DNA of 64,000 nt from Escherichia coli O157:H7 (GCF_013167455.1 NZ_CP038328.1); one strand, 5' to 3'. Positions 40,867-53,775 are shown, counted from the stretch's first letter. Notes: generated by a model from the sequence alone, not told the origin. Made by a program: numbers and translations.

Positions 40867-41960
40867 TAACGTCCCTCAAAATCTATACGCGGATCGACCA
40901 GCGTATAGCTGATATCACTGACAATATTCAGCAGCAGGCCAATCAGGGTGAAAATATACAAGGTACCAAACATTACAGGATAATCGCGCGAGACGGTCGC
41001 TTCGTAGCCCAGTAAGCCAAGACCATTGAGTGAAAACATCACCTCAATCAGCAGCGAGCCGGTAAAAAACATGCTGATAAACGTCGCCGGAAAACCGGCA
41101 ATCACCAGCAGCATGGCGTTGCGGAACACATGTTTCCAGAGAATATTTTTTTCACTTACCCCTTTCGCACGCGCGGTCACCACGTATTGCTTGCGTACTT
41201 CATCAAGGAATGAGTTTTTTGTCAGCATAGTCAGCGCCGCAAAGCCACCAATCACCGTCGCCAGCACCGGCAGCGTGATATGCCACAGATAATCGGTGAT
41301 TTTCTGATACCACGGCAGCGAATCAAAGTTAGCGGAAACCAGGCCGCGTAGAGGGAACAGGTCGAAATAGCTGCCGCCTGCGAAGAAGACAATCAGCAGG
41401 ATGGCAAACAAAAAGGCCGGAATGGCGTAGCCGATGATGATAAATGCGCTACTCCAGACGTCAAAGCGGCTCCCATTATAAACAGCTTTGCGAATGCCTA
41501 ACGGAATCGACACCAGATAGATAATCAGCGTGCTCCACAATCCGAGGGTGATGGAAACCGGCAGACTGTCTTTAATCAGCGTCAGCACCGAGGCGCTGCG
41601 AAACAGGCTATCGCCAAAATCAAAGCGGATGTAGTCCCAGAGCATTTTGAAGTAACGTTCGTGGATCGGCTTATCGAAACCGTAGCGATGAGTGATCTCG
41701 GCGATCACTTCTGGATCTAATCCGCGTCCGCCACGGTAATTACTGTCGCTGATATTACCGACGCCCGTTTGCGCATGGCTGGCGCGAACGCCTTCACCGC
41801 CTGCGCCGGGTAATACTCCGGCATTACCAAACTCAATGGCGGCGATGGCCTGGTCGACCGGACCGCCAGGCGCAATTTGCACGATGAAAAAGTTGATAGT
41901 GATAATCGCCCATAACGTTGGGATCACCAGCAACAGACGGCGAATCAGATAAGCGCCCAT
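40866..41960 (-). CDS. yejB: ABC transporter permease YejB
   Basis: 364-aa membrane protein. Confidence 0.9.
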
Positions 41961-43781
41961 CTACTCTCCCTGTTGTCTGGCTGACGGCAGTTTGGCCGCT
42001 TTATTAACATCATACCACCAGGTATCGATACCCAGACTGTAAACAGGGCGCACAGCGGGTTGGGAGAATTTATCCCACCAGGCGAGACGGTCTTCCGCCA
42101 TGTACCACATTGGCAGCATGTAATAATTCCACGTTAATACGCGATCCAGTGCTCGCCCTAACGGCAGTAATTTTTCTTTATTTCCCTGCGCGGCAATAAT
42201 TTGGTTGATCAGCGAGTCGATAACCGGGCTTTGCACGCCGGGGGCATTATAAGTGGAATTGATATATTCCGATGACCAGGAAATCTGTAAATCGGAACTG
42301 GGCCACGGCATCGCCCGCCATAGGCGCGGCATCATGTCATAGTCGCGACTGCGCATGCGGTTGGTGATTTGCGAGTGATCCACCTTGCGAATGTCCATGT
42401 TGATACCCAGCCGTTGCAGGCTGTGCTGGAACGGCAATACCCACTGACTATTGCTGCTTGCAGGAAGCAATAATTCAAAGCTGAGCGGCTGACCCGTAGT
42501 GGCATTAACGCGTTGCTGACCTTTCAGCACCCAGCCCGCTTCGTTGAGAAGTTTGTCGGCTTTTAACAGGTTGTCACGATCGTAGCCATCGCCTTTCGAT
42601 ACCGGCGGCTGGTAGATTTGTGTGAAGACTTCTGGCGGTAAATCTTTTTTCATTGGTGCCAGAAGCACCAGCTCCGCGGCGTCGGGGTAATTTCTGGCCG
42701 CGTATTCGGTATTCTGAAAATAACTGTTCGTGCGACTCCAGGCATTGTAAAACAACGCCTTGTTCATCCATTCAAAGTCAAAGGCGAGGGTGATTGCTTC
42801 CCGGACCCGGCGATCGCTGAATACCGGACGTTGGATATTAAACGCCAGCCAGCGCGTATCCTGGGCTGATTCGTTCTTTTGCTCATCTTTGATGATGTAT
42901 TTTTTATCGAAATTTTTACCGCTATAGCGTGTGGCCCAGTTTTTGGCGTCGTTTTCCATACGCAAATCAAAGGCACCTGCTTTAAACGCTTCAAAGGCGA
43001 CATTATCATCGAGGTAATAATCGTAGCGAATGGTGTCGAAATTCCAGCGTCCACGGTTTACCGGTAAGTTTGCTGCCCAGTAATCTTTCACGCGGGAATA
43101 GACAATATTTTGCCCCATTTTCCAGGACGTAATTCGGTACGGACCACTGGCAAGCGGAGGCGTGGCGAGCGGATCGCTAAGTTTGTGATCCTTCCAGTAC
43201 TTTTCTGGAAATACCGGCAGCGAAAACAGACTCAACATATCTTCTTTGCCGGGTTTAGCTAACTCAATGCGCACGGTTAACGGCGCAATGGCTTTGACGG
43301 TGGTGCCTTTGTAGACCAGACGAAATTGCGGCACGCCTTCAGTCATAAATTTTTGAAAAGTAAACTCTACATCGCGGGCAGTAATGGGCGAACCATCATG
43401 AAAACGGGCGCGAGGATTAATAGCGACCTCCACCCAGGAATAATCGTCAGCATAGCGTGCGCTTTCAGCAATCAGCGGGTAATAACTGCCTGGTTCGTCA
43501 TCGGAAGTCGTAAATAGCGTGTCGTACAGCTGCTCGGTGCGTGCGCCCGGGTTGCCGCGCAGTGCATAGCGGTTGAAATTATCGAAGGTACCGAGGGCTG
43601 ACAACGTTATCTGCCCACCTTTTGGCGCGGCGGGGTTCACATAATCAAAATGGTTGAAATTAAACGCGTACCGGGGTTCGCCCAGCACGGCAAAGGCATA
43701 GCTTTCCTTGATAGCCTGCGCCTGCGCACCAAAGGTGAACAGAGCGATAAACAGCAGCAGTATGCGCACAATCATCTGCAA
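41961..43781 (-). CDS. yejA: Periplasmic substrate-binding protein YejA
   Basis: ~606-aa ORF with signal peptide; start may be the second Met. Confidence 0.9.
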
Positions 43782-43856
43782 CGGATTTCCTTTTACTCAT
43801 CATTAGCCGCAATCCGGCATGCTTTCACTATGAATAATAAGGGACGTAAGCACACC

Positions 43857-45413
43857 TTACCACTGCGGCGTATACGGTTTCTTCAGCCAGCGGACAAAAT
43901 CGTCCAGCGGTAACGGGCGACTAATCCAGTAGCCTTGCATGAAATTAACGCCGCGTTCGCTTAGCCATCGCGCCTGTTCCGGCGTTTCGACCCCCTCAGC
44001 AACCGTCAGCATATTGAGGCGTTTCGCCAGCGTCAGCACCGCGTCAAGTACGGGTGAAGTGATCGTTTCCGTACCGATGGCGTTGATAAATCCACGGTCA
44101 ATTTTCAGATAATCGAGCGTAAAACGCTCAAGATAGATAAGCGCGCTGTGCCCGGTGCCGAAGTCATCAATAGCAATTTCTACGCCGACCGAGTGCAGCC
44201 AGGCGAAGAGTTGTGTGGCTTCTTGCTCTTTCAGCATATCGCGCTCGGTAATTTCCAGCACAATCTGGAAATGGTGTGCGGGTAGGGAAGTGAGCAGTTT
44301 CTGGATATTTGCTTTAAAGCTTTCGCTGTGCAGATGGTCCGGCGCAATGTTAATGCCAAATTTGACGCCTACCGGCAGCACTTTTTCTAATTCTGCGGCA
44401 TCGCGGGCAATTAACTCAAACAGGTGCTGAGTCAGCGGCACAATCATCTTTTGCGATTCGGCAAAGTTAATGAAGGCATCCGGGGGAATTTCTCCCGCGA
44501 CAGGATGCCGCCAGCGTAGCAGTACTTCCAGGCCCGTTACTCGCAAAGCTTGTGTATCCACCACCGGTTGATACGCCACGTAAAATTGTTCGCGCTTGAT
44601 GGCGGTCATGATTTCTCTGCCGGGGCGCATACGTACGCTCATCAGGTAATAGCAGAGCAGGCCAACGACAGTTCCACTCATGCCGCCCAGTAAAAATGCG
44701 TACCACACATCGTTCCATGTCCAGTCATCTGCATAAAGCCGAACGGTCAGAGGAATGCCCGCAATTTTAGTTTCACGGACTGGCATGTCGGTTAATTCGT
44801 TAACGTTCATCAAACGTGAAGAAAAGGTAGATAGCGCAGTATTGCCAATAATGAGGGCGACGCCATCGTAATCTTCCTGCCGTGAGCTATAAAAGAGAGA
44901 AGGCGTCAGGTTGAGATTCAGAGCGGCAAAGACGCCGCTATTTTTCAGCAAAGGGTTGCGATACCAGATGACGATTGCGGGTTTGTTCGGCACCATCGGC
45001 GTGCCGGGTAAGATCGCCATATCGACATTTTTATTAATGTCGAGCGCAGGAATCAATTCATTGAGTGGAATGTCCATCTCACCGGTCGCAGATGAACAGA
45101 ATGTTTTTTTATCTTTCACCAGCACAAACGTTCGGACATTCATGCTAAACGCCGCGCGGGCGGTCAGTTCGGGGTTAGCTTGCTTGCATGTATCTAAGGT
45201 CAGCGGCTGGAGCCGGTCAGTAGTGGATTTCAGGTCGGCAAAATAGGTATCGAGATACTTTTGTACGTCGGTAATCAGTGTGTCGTATTTGACTTCGTGC
45301 TTATGCCAGGCCACTAAAAACTGAAGGCAGCTCACCAGTATCGCAATCATTACGCCTGCAACAATGCAGGTAAGCAGGAGCTTACGTCCAGAATTGGGAG
45401 CGCGTATGAACAT
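43857..45413 (-). CDS. pdeN: c-di-GMP phosphodiesterase PdeN (Rtn), CSS-EAL domain
   Basis: 518-aa ORF; N-terminal TM/periplasmic domain plus C-terminal EAL domain. Confidence 0.85.
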   Translation of the reverse strand: MFIRAPNSGRKLLLTCIVAGVMIAILVSCLQFLVAWHKHEVKYDTLITDVQKYLDTYFADLKSTTDRLQPLTLDTCKQANPELTARAAFSMNVRTFVLVKDKKTFCSSATGEMDIPLNELIPALDINKNVDMAILPGTPMVPNKPAIVIWYRNPLLKNSGVFAALNLNLTPSLFYSSRQEDYDGVALIIGNTALSTFSSRLMNVNELTDMPVRETKIAGIPLTVRLYADDWTWNDVWYAFLLGGMSGTVVGLLCYYLMSVRMRPGREIMTAIKREQFYVAYQPVVDTQALRVTGLEVLLRWRHPVAGEIPPDAFINFAESQKMIVPLTQHLFELIARDAAELEKVLPVGVKFGINIAPDHLHSESFKANIQKLLTSLPAHHFQIVLEITERDMLKEQEATQLFAWLHSVGVEIAIDDFGTGHSALIYLERFTLDYLKIDRGFINAIGTETITSPVLDAVLTLAKRLNMLTVAEGVETPEQARWLSERGVNFMQGYWISRPLPLDDFVRWLKKPYTPQW

Positions 45414-45520
45414 GATTCCGTTAATTTCCTGAAATTACGACAACATTTAAAAGATAACAATGACCGGACTATAGCCTGGATCAAGACGCGGAAACATCAT
45501 TTTCTCTGATGAATGAAAAC

Positions 45521-45550
45521 AAAAAAGCACTGCCTAAACAGTGCTTTCAG
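45521..45550 (-). terminator. Intrinsic terminator after mepS
   Basis: Minus-strand AGCACTGtttaggCAGTGCT followed by TTTTTTGTTTTC. Confidence 0.6.
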
Positions 45551-45593
45551 TTAACTCGTCAGGATAGCCAAGGGATTGCATCCAAACGGTTTA

Positions 45594-46160
45594 TTAGCTG
45601 CGGCTGAGAACCCGGCGTGCTTCGTTGTAACGCTTCTTCCAGTACGGTTCATTCATGCTGGAAATAATAACACCACTGCTGGTGGAAGCATGGACAAACT
45701 GATTGTTGCCGATATAAATACCGACATGGCGTCCCGTTGAACCGGCACGGAACAGAACTAAATCACCCGTACGCAAATTACTGCGGGAAACAGATTTACC
45801 CATTTCCTGCTGTTCGTAAGTCGAACGCGGAAGTTCTAAGCCAAATTGCTCACGGAATGTACGCTGTACGAAACCAGAACAATCGATACCTTTTTTAGTG
45901 CTGCCGCCCAGACGATAACGTACGCCTTTCCAGTCAGCATACTGATCCATAATTCGCGATTTTACGTCGACATTACGAACCAGGTTTTCAAATTCATCCT
46001 GAGAAGCTTGCAGTGATGATGTTTCACTACCCACTGCACGTGTCTCAGGATGCATATTCTTTGCGGTGTTATTTGCACTACATGCAGAAAGCAGAACCGC
46101 TACTGCAATCGCGGGGATCCCGCGCAAGATATATCTCAAAATCGGTTGAGATTTGACCAT
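45594..46160 (-). CDS. mepS: Peptidoglycan DD-endopeptidase MepS (Spr), NlpC/P60 lipoprotein
   Basis: 188-aa ORF; lipobox LSAC; NlpC/P60 Cys/His residues. Confidence 0.9.
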
Positions 46161-46572
46161 GTTGTTTGTTTTCCCTTGAAGTCCTTAACGACAAATATCG
46201 TTATAAAAAAAATGCCAAGCGACACGAGACTAATTACCAGGGCATGTTGAAACAATTCCTTAAGGCCAAATCTGTGGACTAACGCACAAAATTATATGCT
46301 GTGAGGATAATCTACCGCCGAGGCAAAACGAGTTCGAGATTACCCGATTGGTGCGGTCTTGGCGAGCGGTTTTACATGATTTTTTATAAGAAAAAGTGAT
46401 ACAGAAAGTTAATAAGCGGGATTGGTCAATTAAAGTACGATTGAGTGAAATGCATGCAATCCATTCATTTACTTAGAGAATGATTTTTGCTTTCGATGGA
46501 TGAAAGCACGGTGCGCATCATCAGGATTATCCTCACTATAAAAATAAACCTGATGATGTTAAGTACTGTGAG

Positions 46573-47286
46573 TTATTTGTTTTGGAAATGTTTGTTTTTT
46601 CCCGGTAGTGATTTGTCAAAAAAGGTGATTAATCGATCACTTAATGGCGTCAGCAACACCCAGGGCAAACCGATCAATATCACGGTCATCGAACCGACAA
46701 TGATGTCAGTAAACCAGTGTGCGCCAATCATTACTCTGGGAAACGCAAAAACCACAAAAATAATAAGGGCGATAAGACCTGCAACTTTGCCGAAATAACG
46801 CCACATGAATGCCGAAAAAATAAGCAGCATCATGCCGTGATCGCCGGGAAAGCTATCTCGTGAGGCATCTTTCGTGGGGACAGAGAGCAGTTCGCTGACG
46901 CGGTTAATATCGGTAAAAGTCAATGTTGGGCTGGCCCGTTTTACAGGAATTAATGCCTGACCCAGCTGGTTTAATACCACTGCAGTTAATAGCATGACCA
47001 GACCAATAATCACGATACGTCGTCTGCCTGGGGCGTTTTCTTTCAGCCAGAAACTCAGCATCAACATTCCCATTGCCAGCAGTGAACAACCGTCGAAAGC
47101 GCGATTGTTGGTCAATGCAACCAGCCACAAAAAGGCCTTACTTTCGACCAGTTTCTGATTAAAGAAATAAAAAATATCCGCATCAATCGGCAACCAGAAT
47201 CCATGATTAACGGGAATATACCAGGAAAGAAACAGCGCGAGGCCGACAATATTCAACAACACTATTTGCGGCAAATTTTTAATCAT
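46573..47286 (-). CDS. lpxT: Lipid A 1-diphosphate synthase LpxT (YeiU), PAP2 family
   Basis: 237 aa from MIKNLPQIV; track ORF extension rejected. Confidence 0.85.
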   Translation of the reverse strand: MIKNLPQIVLLNIVGLALFLSWYIPVNHGFWLPIDADIFYFFNQKLVESKAFLWLVALTNNRAFDGCSLLAMGMLMLSFWLKENAPGRRRIVIIGLVMLLTAVVLNQLGQALIPVKRASPTLTFTDINRVSELLSVPTKDASRDSFPGDHGMMLLIFSAFMWRYFGKVAGLIALIIFVVFAFPRVMIGAHWFTDIIVGSMTVILIGLPWVLLTPLSDRLITFFDKSLPGKNKHFQNK

Positions 47287-47324
47287 ATTTTCTCTAATTA
47301 TCTTACTGAAAAACGCAGGCAACC

Positions 47325-48311
47325 TTACGCGGTAGTCGCTAAACGAAGCTTCAACAGCGCGCTCTGCAAGGCATTCCAGTCAGCTTCGCTGCTGGAAATC
47401 AGCTCAATACGGCTGTCCGGTGGCGCAACGTTTTGCGTTTCAATGTGCAGGTCATCGCCCTGACGGTTGATTCGCACCAGCCCTTCGGGAATACGCAGCA
47501 CGCCTTTGACGCGTTCCACCGGTGCAAGTCGCGCCCATTCCAGAATGCCAATGGTGTCGAATACCGTATCAGCGTCGAATATCCAGCCGCAGGCCTGATG
47601 TCCTTGTCCACTGTTCAGACTGCGACGCCAGCGTTGATGCTCTGGCAGGCTTAACGCTGCTAACCCTTTTTTCACGACATGCTGATGAGAATGCGCGGCG
47701 CTGGCGGGCAACTCGGCTAAATTGTGACGCGGCAAATCCAGAAGATGACCGGCAACTTTCCCATGCTCACTGTGAATTAATTGCCGATCGCCACCATTTT
47801 GCTGCCACCAGCGCTGTAGCGCTTGCTCGCTTTCAGGTGTCGCACGGTCGGATTTATTGGCGACAATGATGTCTGCGGCAGCCAGCTGGTCACGGAAGTT
47901 TTCATTGCTGGCGCTTTTTTCGTCCAGCAGCAGGCGTGGATCGAGAATGCACAACGTGGCGCGCAGATCTATCCACGGTTCATAGACTGGTGCGGTTAAC
48001 AGATCGAGGATCTGTTTCGGATGGCCCAGCCCAGTCGGCTCTATCAACAAGCGGTCTGGTTTTCCCTGACGCAGTAAGGTATTCAACCCTACCTGCATGG
48101 GTAAACCATTAACGCAGCACATGCAGCCGCCGGGGATCTCTTTCAGCAGTGCGCCGCTATCGGCGAGCAAAGCACCATCAATTCCGACTTCCCCAAATTC
48201 ATTAACCAGTACCGCCCATTTTTCGTTGGGATCTTTATGGGCTAACAGATGAAGAATCGACGTGGTTTTCCCGCTGCCGAGAAAACCGGTGATGAGGTTG
48301 GTCCTGGTCAC
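47325..48311 (-). CDS. yeiR: Zinc-binding GTPase YeiR (COG0523 family)
   Basis: 328-aa ORF; GFLGSGKTT P-loop; CxCC motif. Confidence 0.85.
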   Translation of the reverse strand: MTRTNLITGFLGSGKTTSILHLLAHKDPNEKWAVLVNEFGEVGIDGALLADSGALLKEIPGGCMCCVNGLPMQVGLNTLLRQGKPDRLLIEPTGLGHPKQILDLLTAPVYEPWIDLRATLCILDPRLLLDEKSASNENFRDQLAAADIIVANKSDRATPESEQALQRWWQQNGGDRQLIHSEHGKVAGHLLDLPRHNLAELPASAAHSHQHVVKKGLAALSLPEHQRWRRSLNSGQGHQACGWIFDADTVFDTIGILEWARLAPVERVKGVLRIPEGLVRINRQGDDLHIETQNVAPPDSRIELISSSEADWNALQSALLKLRLATTA

Positions 48312-48428
48312 AACAGCTCCGCAATACTCTGGTAAGTTAACTGAGCGTTAATCCTGGCTAAAAACGGCAGAAAAGAGAAGGGGAGAGCGGACGAAGGCGA
48401 GCTTCATCCGCTTTAACCGCAGAAATCG

Positions 48429-49904
48429 TTAAATTTTGAGGGTGTTTAATAGCGCCTGATGCGCGCCGAATTGTGCGATTTGTTGCCGGGCTTGTTCGAT
48501 GGCCTGCACAAAATGCGGGTTATCTGGCAGATCATCACCGAAAACTTCACGCAGGGAAAGCAGGGCGGTGACGCGTTGCTCACTGATGCTGCCCGCAACA
48601 AGATCGCGAATTTTATCGCTAAGCGGATCGCGAACATCAATGGCATTTCCGGCATCATCAACGCCGCTGACGTAACGCATCCAGCCTGCAACGCCTAATG
48701 CCAGCAACGACCAGTCCGTTTCGCGCCCCAGATGTATGCGAATACCTGCCAGCATGCGTTGCGGTAATTTCTGGCTGCCATCCATCGCGATTTGCCAGGT
48801 CTTACGTTTCAGCGCCGGATTAGCAAAACGTGCAATTAACTTATCCGCATATTGTGTTAAATCGACATCTTTAATCCGCAGTGTCGGCGCTTGCTCATCC
48901 AGCATTAATGTTCTGGCGGCATGGCGAAATGCGCGATCCTGCATGCAATCACTGATATGGGCGAATCCTGAGAGGTAACCCAGATAAGCGAGAAAAGAGT
49001 GGCTGCCATTAAGCATCCGCAGTTTCATCTCTTCCCATGGCAGGACATCATTCACCATTTGTACACCTGCGACTTCCCAGGCAGGACGCCCAGCGACGAA
49101 GTTATCTTCCACCACCCACTGGATAAACGGTTCGCAGCTAATCGCGCAGGGATCATTTACCCCCAGATGCTGGCTGATTTCTGCCAGTGATTCGTCGGTT
49201 GCAGCCGGAACAATGCGGTCGACCATGGTTCCCGGAAAACTGACGTGTTCTTTTATCCACCCGGCGAGTTCTGGCGAACGTTTTTCTGCCATTCCCAGCA
49301 CCGCGTTTTTCACCACATGGCCATTGTCGGGAATATTGTCGCAGGAGAGCACGGTAAACGGTGTAAGGCCGCGCTCACGGCGGCGTTTCAGTGCTTCGAC
49401 GAGAATACCCGGTGCGGAGTGAGGTTCTTCAGGGGTTTGTAGATCGTGAATAATCCGCGGATTGCTGGTGTCGAGTGCACCGGTGGCCGGGTCAATACAA
49501 TAGCCTTTTTCGGTAATCGTCAGGGAAACAATTGCCACCTGTGGCTCGCAAAATTTCTCAATAATTGCCGCTAAGGAATCCAGTTTTGCATTCAGGCATT
49601 CGTGAACGGCACCGACAATTATCGCCTGATTGCCGTCCGCCCCTTTCTCCAGCACGGTATATAAATGGTTCTGTGCGCGGAGCTGGCTCATCAGTTGATC
49701 ACCGCTGAACAAGCTGATTTCACAGATCCCCCAGTCGCCGCCCTGGGCATTCAGCACACGATCGGTCAGTAACGCCTGATGTGCGCGGTGAAAGGCTCCA
49801 AAGCCAAAATGAACGATACGTGATTGCAACTGCTGGCGATCGTAGCGTGGAGCGTGTACATGATGCGGGAGCGTAACGGAGGCGATTGTATTCATAGGAG
49901 TCAT
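48429..49904 (-). CDS. yeiQ: Putative mannitol-dehydrogenase-family oxidoreductase YeiQ
   Basis: ~490-aa ORF. Confidence 0.85.
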   Translation of the reverse strand: MTPMNTIASVTLPHHVHAPRYDRQQLQSRIVHFGFGAFHRAHQALLTDRVLNAQGGDWGICEISLFSGDQLMSQLRAQNHLYTVLEKGADGNQAIIVGAVHECLNAKLDSLAAIIEKFCEPQVAIVSLTITEKGYCIDPATGALDTSNPRIIHDLQTPEEPHSAPGILVEALKRRRERGLTPFTVLSCDNIPDNGHVVKNAVLGMAEKRSPELAGWIKEHVSFPGTMVDRIVPAATDESLAEISQHLGVNDPCAISCEPFIQWVVEDNFVAGRPAWEVAGVQMVNDVLPWEEMKLRMLNGSHSFLAYLGYLSGFAHISDCMQDRAFRHAARTLMLDEQAPTLRIKDVDLTQYADKLIARFANPALKRKTWQIAMDGSQKLPQRMLAGIRIHLGRETDWSLLALGVAGWMRYVSGVDDAGNAIDVRDPLSDKIRDLVAGSISEQRVTALLSLREVFGDDLPDNPHFVQAIEQARQQIAQFGAHQALLNTLKI

Positions 49905-50117
49905 GTCTTAGTAACGATTAATTAACAATGACAGTGTAAAGTTATATGACAGCAATTGAAATTGGTCTGGATTGTTAATGCGATGAAGTGTGAGGGCGAT
50001 CAATCAACGAGTGAAAATTGAGGGCGTAAGGTGTTCAGGAAGCGCAAAATAGAAGATTGGTATAATAAATTAAAAAAGGGACAGCCTGAGCTATCCCTTT
50101 TCTGCATGCGGCTGAAG

Positions 50118-50690
50118 TTAGTCAGCACGCCCCATATAACGGCGTTCTTCGATATGGATACGAATTTTTTCGCCCGGGCTTAAGTATTCTGGTACCTGAA
50201 TCACCAGACCAGTGCTCAATGTCGCCGGTTTGTTACGGGCGCTGGCAGATGCCCCTTTGATGCCTGGTGCGGTTTCAACGATTTCCAGATCAACGGTCTG
50301 CGGCAGCTCAAGCGCCAGCAGTTGACCGTCCCAGGTCAGCACCTGCATGTCCGGCATGCCGCCCTCTGGCATAAACAGCAACTCTTCTTCAATCTGATCT
50401 TTGGTGAAGGTATACGGGGTATAGTCTTCTTTATCCATAAAGACATATTCGTTGCCATCGACATAGGAGAAGTCAACGTAACGGCGGGTCAGCGTCACGG
50501 TGTCAACGATATCATCTCCTTTGAAACGCTCTTCTACTTTCAGCCCGGTACGGACATCAGAAAAACGCATTTTGTACAGCGTAGCGGCACCGCGGGCAGT
50601 GGGCGACTGAATATCAATGTCCTTAACCAGCAGCAGTTTGCCGTTGTAATTCAGTACCATACCTTTTTTAATTTCGTTCGCTCTTGGCAT
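50118..50690 (-). CDS. yeiP: Elongation factor P-like protein YeiP
   Basis: 190 aa from [10 protein letters not shown]; 85-aa extension in track ORF rejected. Confidence 0.85.
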
Positions 50691-50844
50691 CGAAAAATTC
50701 CTGTAGTCGAAAATGTCAAAAATATCGCGACAAAGTACTCGCGACGAGCCTTTCGGGCAAGTGGTATTCGCACTTTTGCTGGTGCAAAAAAGGTGGTACT
50801 GTGCGCGCTCATCAATCCGGTGGTTAACCTTAAGAGAACAACGT

Positions 50845-51099
50845 ATGGAATGCCGTCCGGGTTGCGGGGCGTGTTGCACTGCCCCTTCAATTTCCAGCCC
50901 TATTCCCGGTATGCCAGATGGCAAGCCCGCCAATACGCCCTGCATTCAGCTTGATGAACAGCAACGCTGTAAAATTTTCACCTCGCCACTGCGGCCGAAA
51001 GTCTGTGCAGGCTTACAAGCCAGCGCTGAAATGTGCGGTAACTCGCGTCAGCAGGCAATGACCTGGCTTATCGATCTGGAAATGCTGACCGCGCCTTAA
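50845..51099 (+). CDS. yeiW: Cysteine-cluster protein YeiW
   Basis: 84 aa from [11 protein letters not shown]; internal start of track ORF. Confidence 0.8.
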
Positions 51100-52277
51100 A
51101 CATCTTTAATCCGCAGTAAGCAAAACAGAGTGGCGATAATCATCACCATCGCAAACCAGAACACAGCGTGATAATTCCAGATCTCGGCGACGATGCCCGC
51201 CACTGATCCCGCGATGATCCAGCCCACGCGCGACGTGTTGGTATAGAGCGTGGTGGCTGAACCTGCCTGACCGGGCATCAGATCCTGAAAATAGAGCATC
51301 CCGATACCGCCCAGAATGCCAATAAAAATAGCATTTAGCAGCTGCAAGCCCAACAGAATGACAGGAGAATGCGCCATCAGCATTCCTGCGTAAAAACAGA
51401 CGCCACCCACGGCAGCAACGCGCATTAAGAAACGCTTACCCAGACGTTTGGCGAAATATCCGGCAATCAACATGGTCGGGATTTCCAGCCCGGCGGCGGT
51501 CCCCATCATCACACCGGCCAGTTTCTCGGGAAGATGGAGTTCGTTGATAATAAATAGCGGCATGTTGATGATGTACAGGCTGTTCGAGCCCCACATCAAT
51601 GTACAAATGACAAACAGCAGCAGCGTATCGCGACGGTTACGGCGCGGCGCTTCAACCGTGCCGGTCGCCAGCGGAAGCTCTTTTTGCATCGACGGTAAAA
51701 ACAGCCACACCATCACGCCGCAAACAATAAATGCTACCGCTGCGCTCAGATACATTACCGTAAAGCTGAAACCCATCGCTAAGGCATAAGCCAGCGGTGG
51801 GCCAATGACCCATGCCAGTGAAACCTGAGCGCGTAAAAAAGAGCTGAACATCACCGCCTCACGTCCGGTTTTGTCGGCATGTTCACGGGCAAGGGCAAAC
51901 ATTTGCGGGTTAGCGGTCGAGCCAAAGCTGCTAAGAAAGACGCCAACGAATAGCAAAACAAAGTAGTTGCGATTCCAGGCAAAAAGGGTGCAGGCCAGCA
52001 CGCCTAACAGGCAGCAAAAGACAATCAGCGATTTGCGATCGCCGCGCTTATCAGAGCGCCCGGCGAGAAACTGACTCACCAGAACCCCAATGACAGCGCT
52101 GCCGGTAAAGAAGAATCCCACCATCGCCGGACGGGCATGTACTTCATCGGTAAGAAAAATACTGAGTGTCGGGGTTTGCAGAGCGCCCGCAATACCGGTG
52201 AGAAAGGCAACGATTAAAAACGCCGTCGAGGTCAGGTCAAACGATTTCGCGCTGGAGACTGCGGGGGAGTTATGCAT
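51096..52277 (-). CDS. setB: Sugar efflux MFS transporter SetB
   Basis: 393-aa, 12-TM MFS protein. Confidence 0.9.
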
Positions 52278-52542
52278 GCTGGTCGATCACTGGAAGAGGA
52301 AGACGCGGAGTTTACGCTGCTTGTCAGAAAATAAACAGACAGCGAAATCAAAAGCGCCACGAATAATCAAAATGCCATTTCACTGTTGCTGATTGGCTGC
52401 TGACGCTGCTGAAATGAAATTGCTGATAACGGATTTTCCCATCAGCAATTAGGAAAAATGACAAAAAATTGTGCAGCACATCAAACTTTTGCTCATAACT
52501 TTACGGCTTTCCTTGCGTGCTGAAACAGAAGTATTATGCTTT

Positions 52543-52630
52543 CTTGAAACGTTTCAGCGCGATCTTGTCTTTAACCCTAAGCCAGGTTGGCGCTTTTTTT
52601 CTCATAGAAGCTGAATCGTTTCAATTCAGC
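52543..52630 (+). promoter_or_regulatory. fruB promoter with two Cra (FruR) operator-like palindromes
   Basis: Perfect TGAAACGTTTCA at 52545-52556 and GCTGAATCGTTTCAATTCAGC at 52610-52630, matching the recalled Cra consensus. Confidence 0.65.
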
Positions 52631-52644
52631 AAGAGAGGAGAACT

Positions 52645-53775
52645 ATGTTCCAGTTATCCGTACAGGACATCCATCCGGGCGAAAAGGCCGGAGACAAAGA
52701 AGAGGCGATTCGCCAGGTCGCTGCGGCGCTGGTGCAGGCCGGTAATGTAGCAGAAGGCTACGTCAATGGCATGCTGGCGCGCGAACAGCAAACCTCAACG
52801 TTCCTCGGCAATGGTATTGCTATTCCACACGGCACTACCGACACCCGCGATCAGGTGCTGAAAACCGGCGTTCAGGTATTTCAGTTCCCGGAAGGCGTCA
52901 CCTGGGGTGACGGTCAGGTAGCGTACGTAGCGATCGGTATTGCTGCCAGCTCGGATGAGCATCTGGGCCTGCTACGCCAGCTGACCCACGTACTGAGCGA
53001 TGATTCCGTTGCTGAACAACTGAAGTCAGCAACAACAGCAGAAGAACTTCGCGCATTGCTGATGGGCGAAAAGCAGAGTGAGCAGCTGAAGCTCGACAAC
53101 GAAATGCTGACGCTGGATATCGTCGCCAGCGATCTGCTGACTCTTCAGGCGCTGAACGCTGCGCGTCTGAAAGAGGCGGGGGCAGTTGACGCCACTTTCG
53201 TCACCAAAGCCATCAATGAACAACCGCTGAACCTCGGACAGGGTATCTGGCTGAGCGATAGCGCCGAAGGCAATCTGCGTAGCGCAATTGCGGTAAGCCG
53301 TGCGGCAAATGCTTTTGATGTGGACGGCGAAACGGCAGCCATGCTGGTGAGTGTGGCGATGAATGACGATCAGCCCATTGCGGTTCTTAAGCGTCTCGCT
53401 GATTTGTTGCTCGACAATAAAGCTGACCGCTTGCTGAAAGCGGATGCGGCAACGTTGCTGGCGCTGCTGACCAGCGATGATGCGCCGACCGACGACGTGT
53501 TAAGCGCGGAGTTTGTGGTGCGCAATGAACACGGCCTGCATGCTCGTCCAGGTACCATGCTGGTCAACACCATTAAACAATTTAACAGTGATATTACCGT
53601 GACAAACCTTGATGGCACCGGCAAACCGGCAAACGGACGTAGTCTGATGAAAGTTGTGGCACTTGGCGTTAAGAAAGGTCATCGCCTACGCTTTACCGCC
53701 CAGGGTGCAGATGCTGAACAGGCGCTGAAAGCAATCGGCGACGCTATCGCTGCTGGTCTTGGGGAGGGCGCATAA
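52645..53775 (+). CDS. fruB: PTS fructose-specific multiphosphoryl transfer protein FruB (IIA-FPr)
   Basis: 376-aa ORF; first gene of fru operon. Confidence 0.9.

Noticed and set aside
50691-50945. 85-codon N-terminal extension of the yeiP ORF
   Set aside because: The yeiP-type protein starts at MPRANEIKK (190 aa); the extension overlaps the divergent yeiW gene region.
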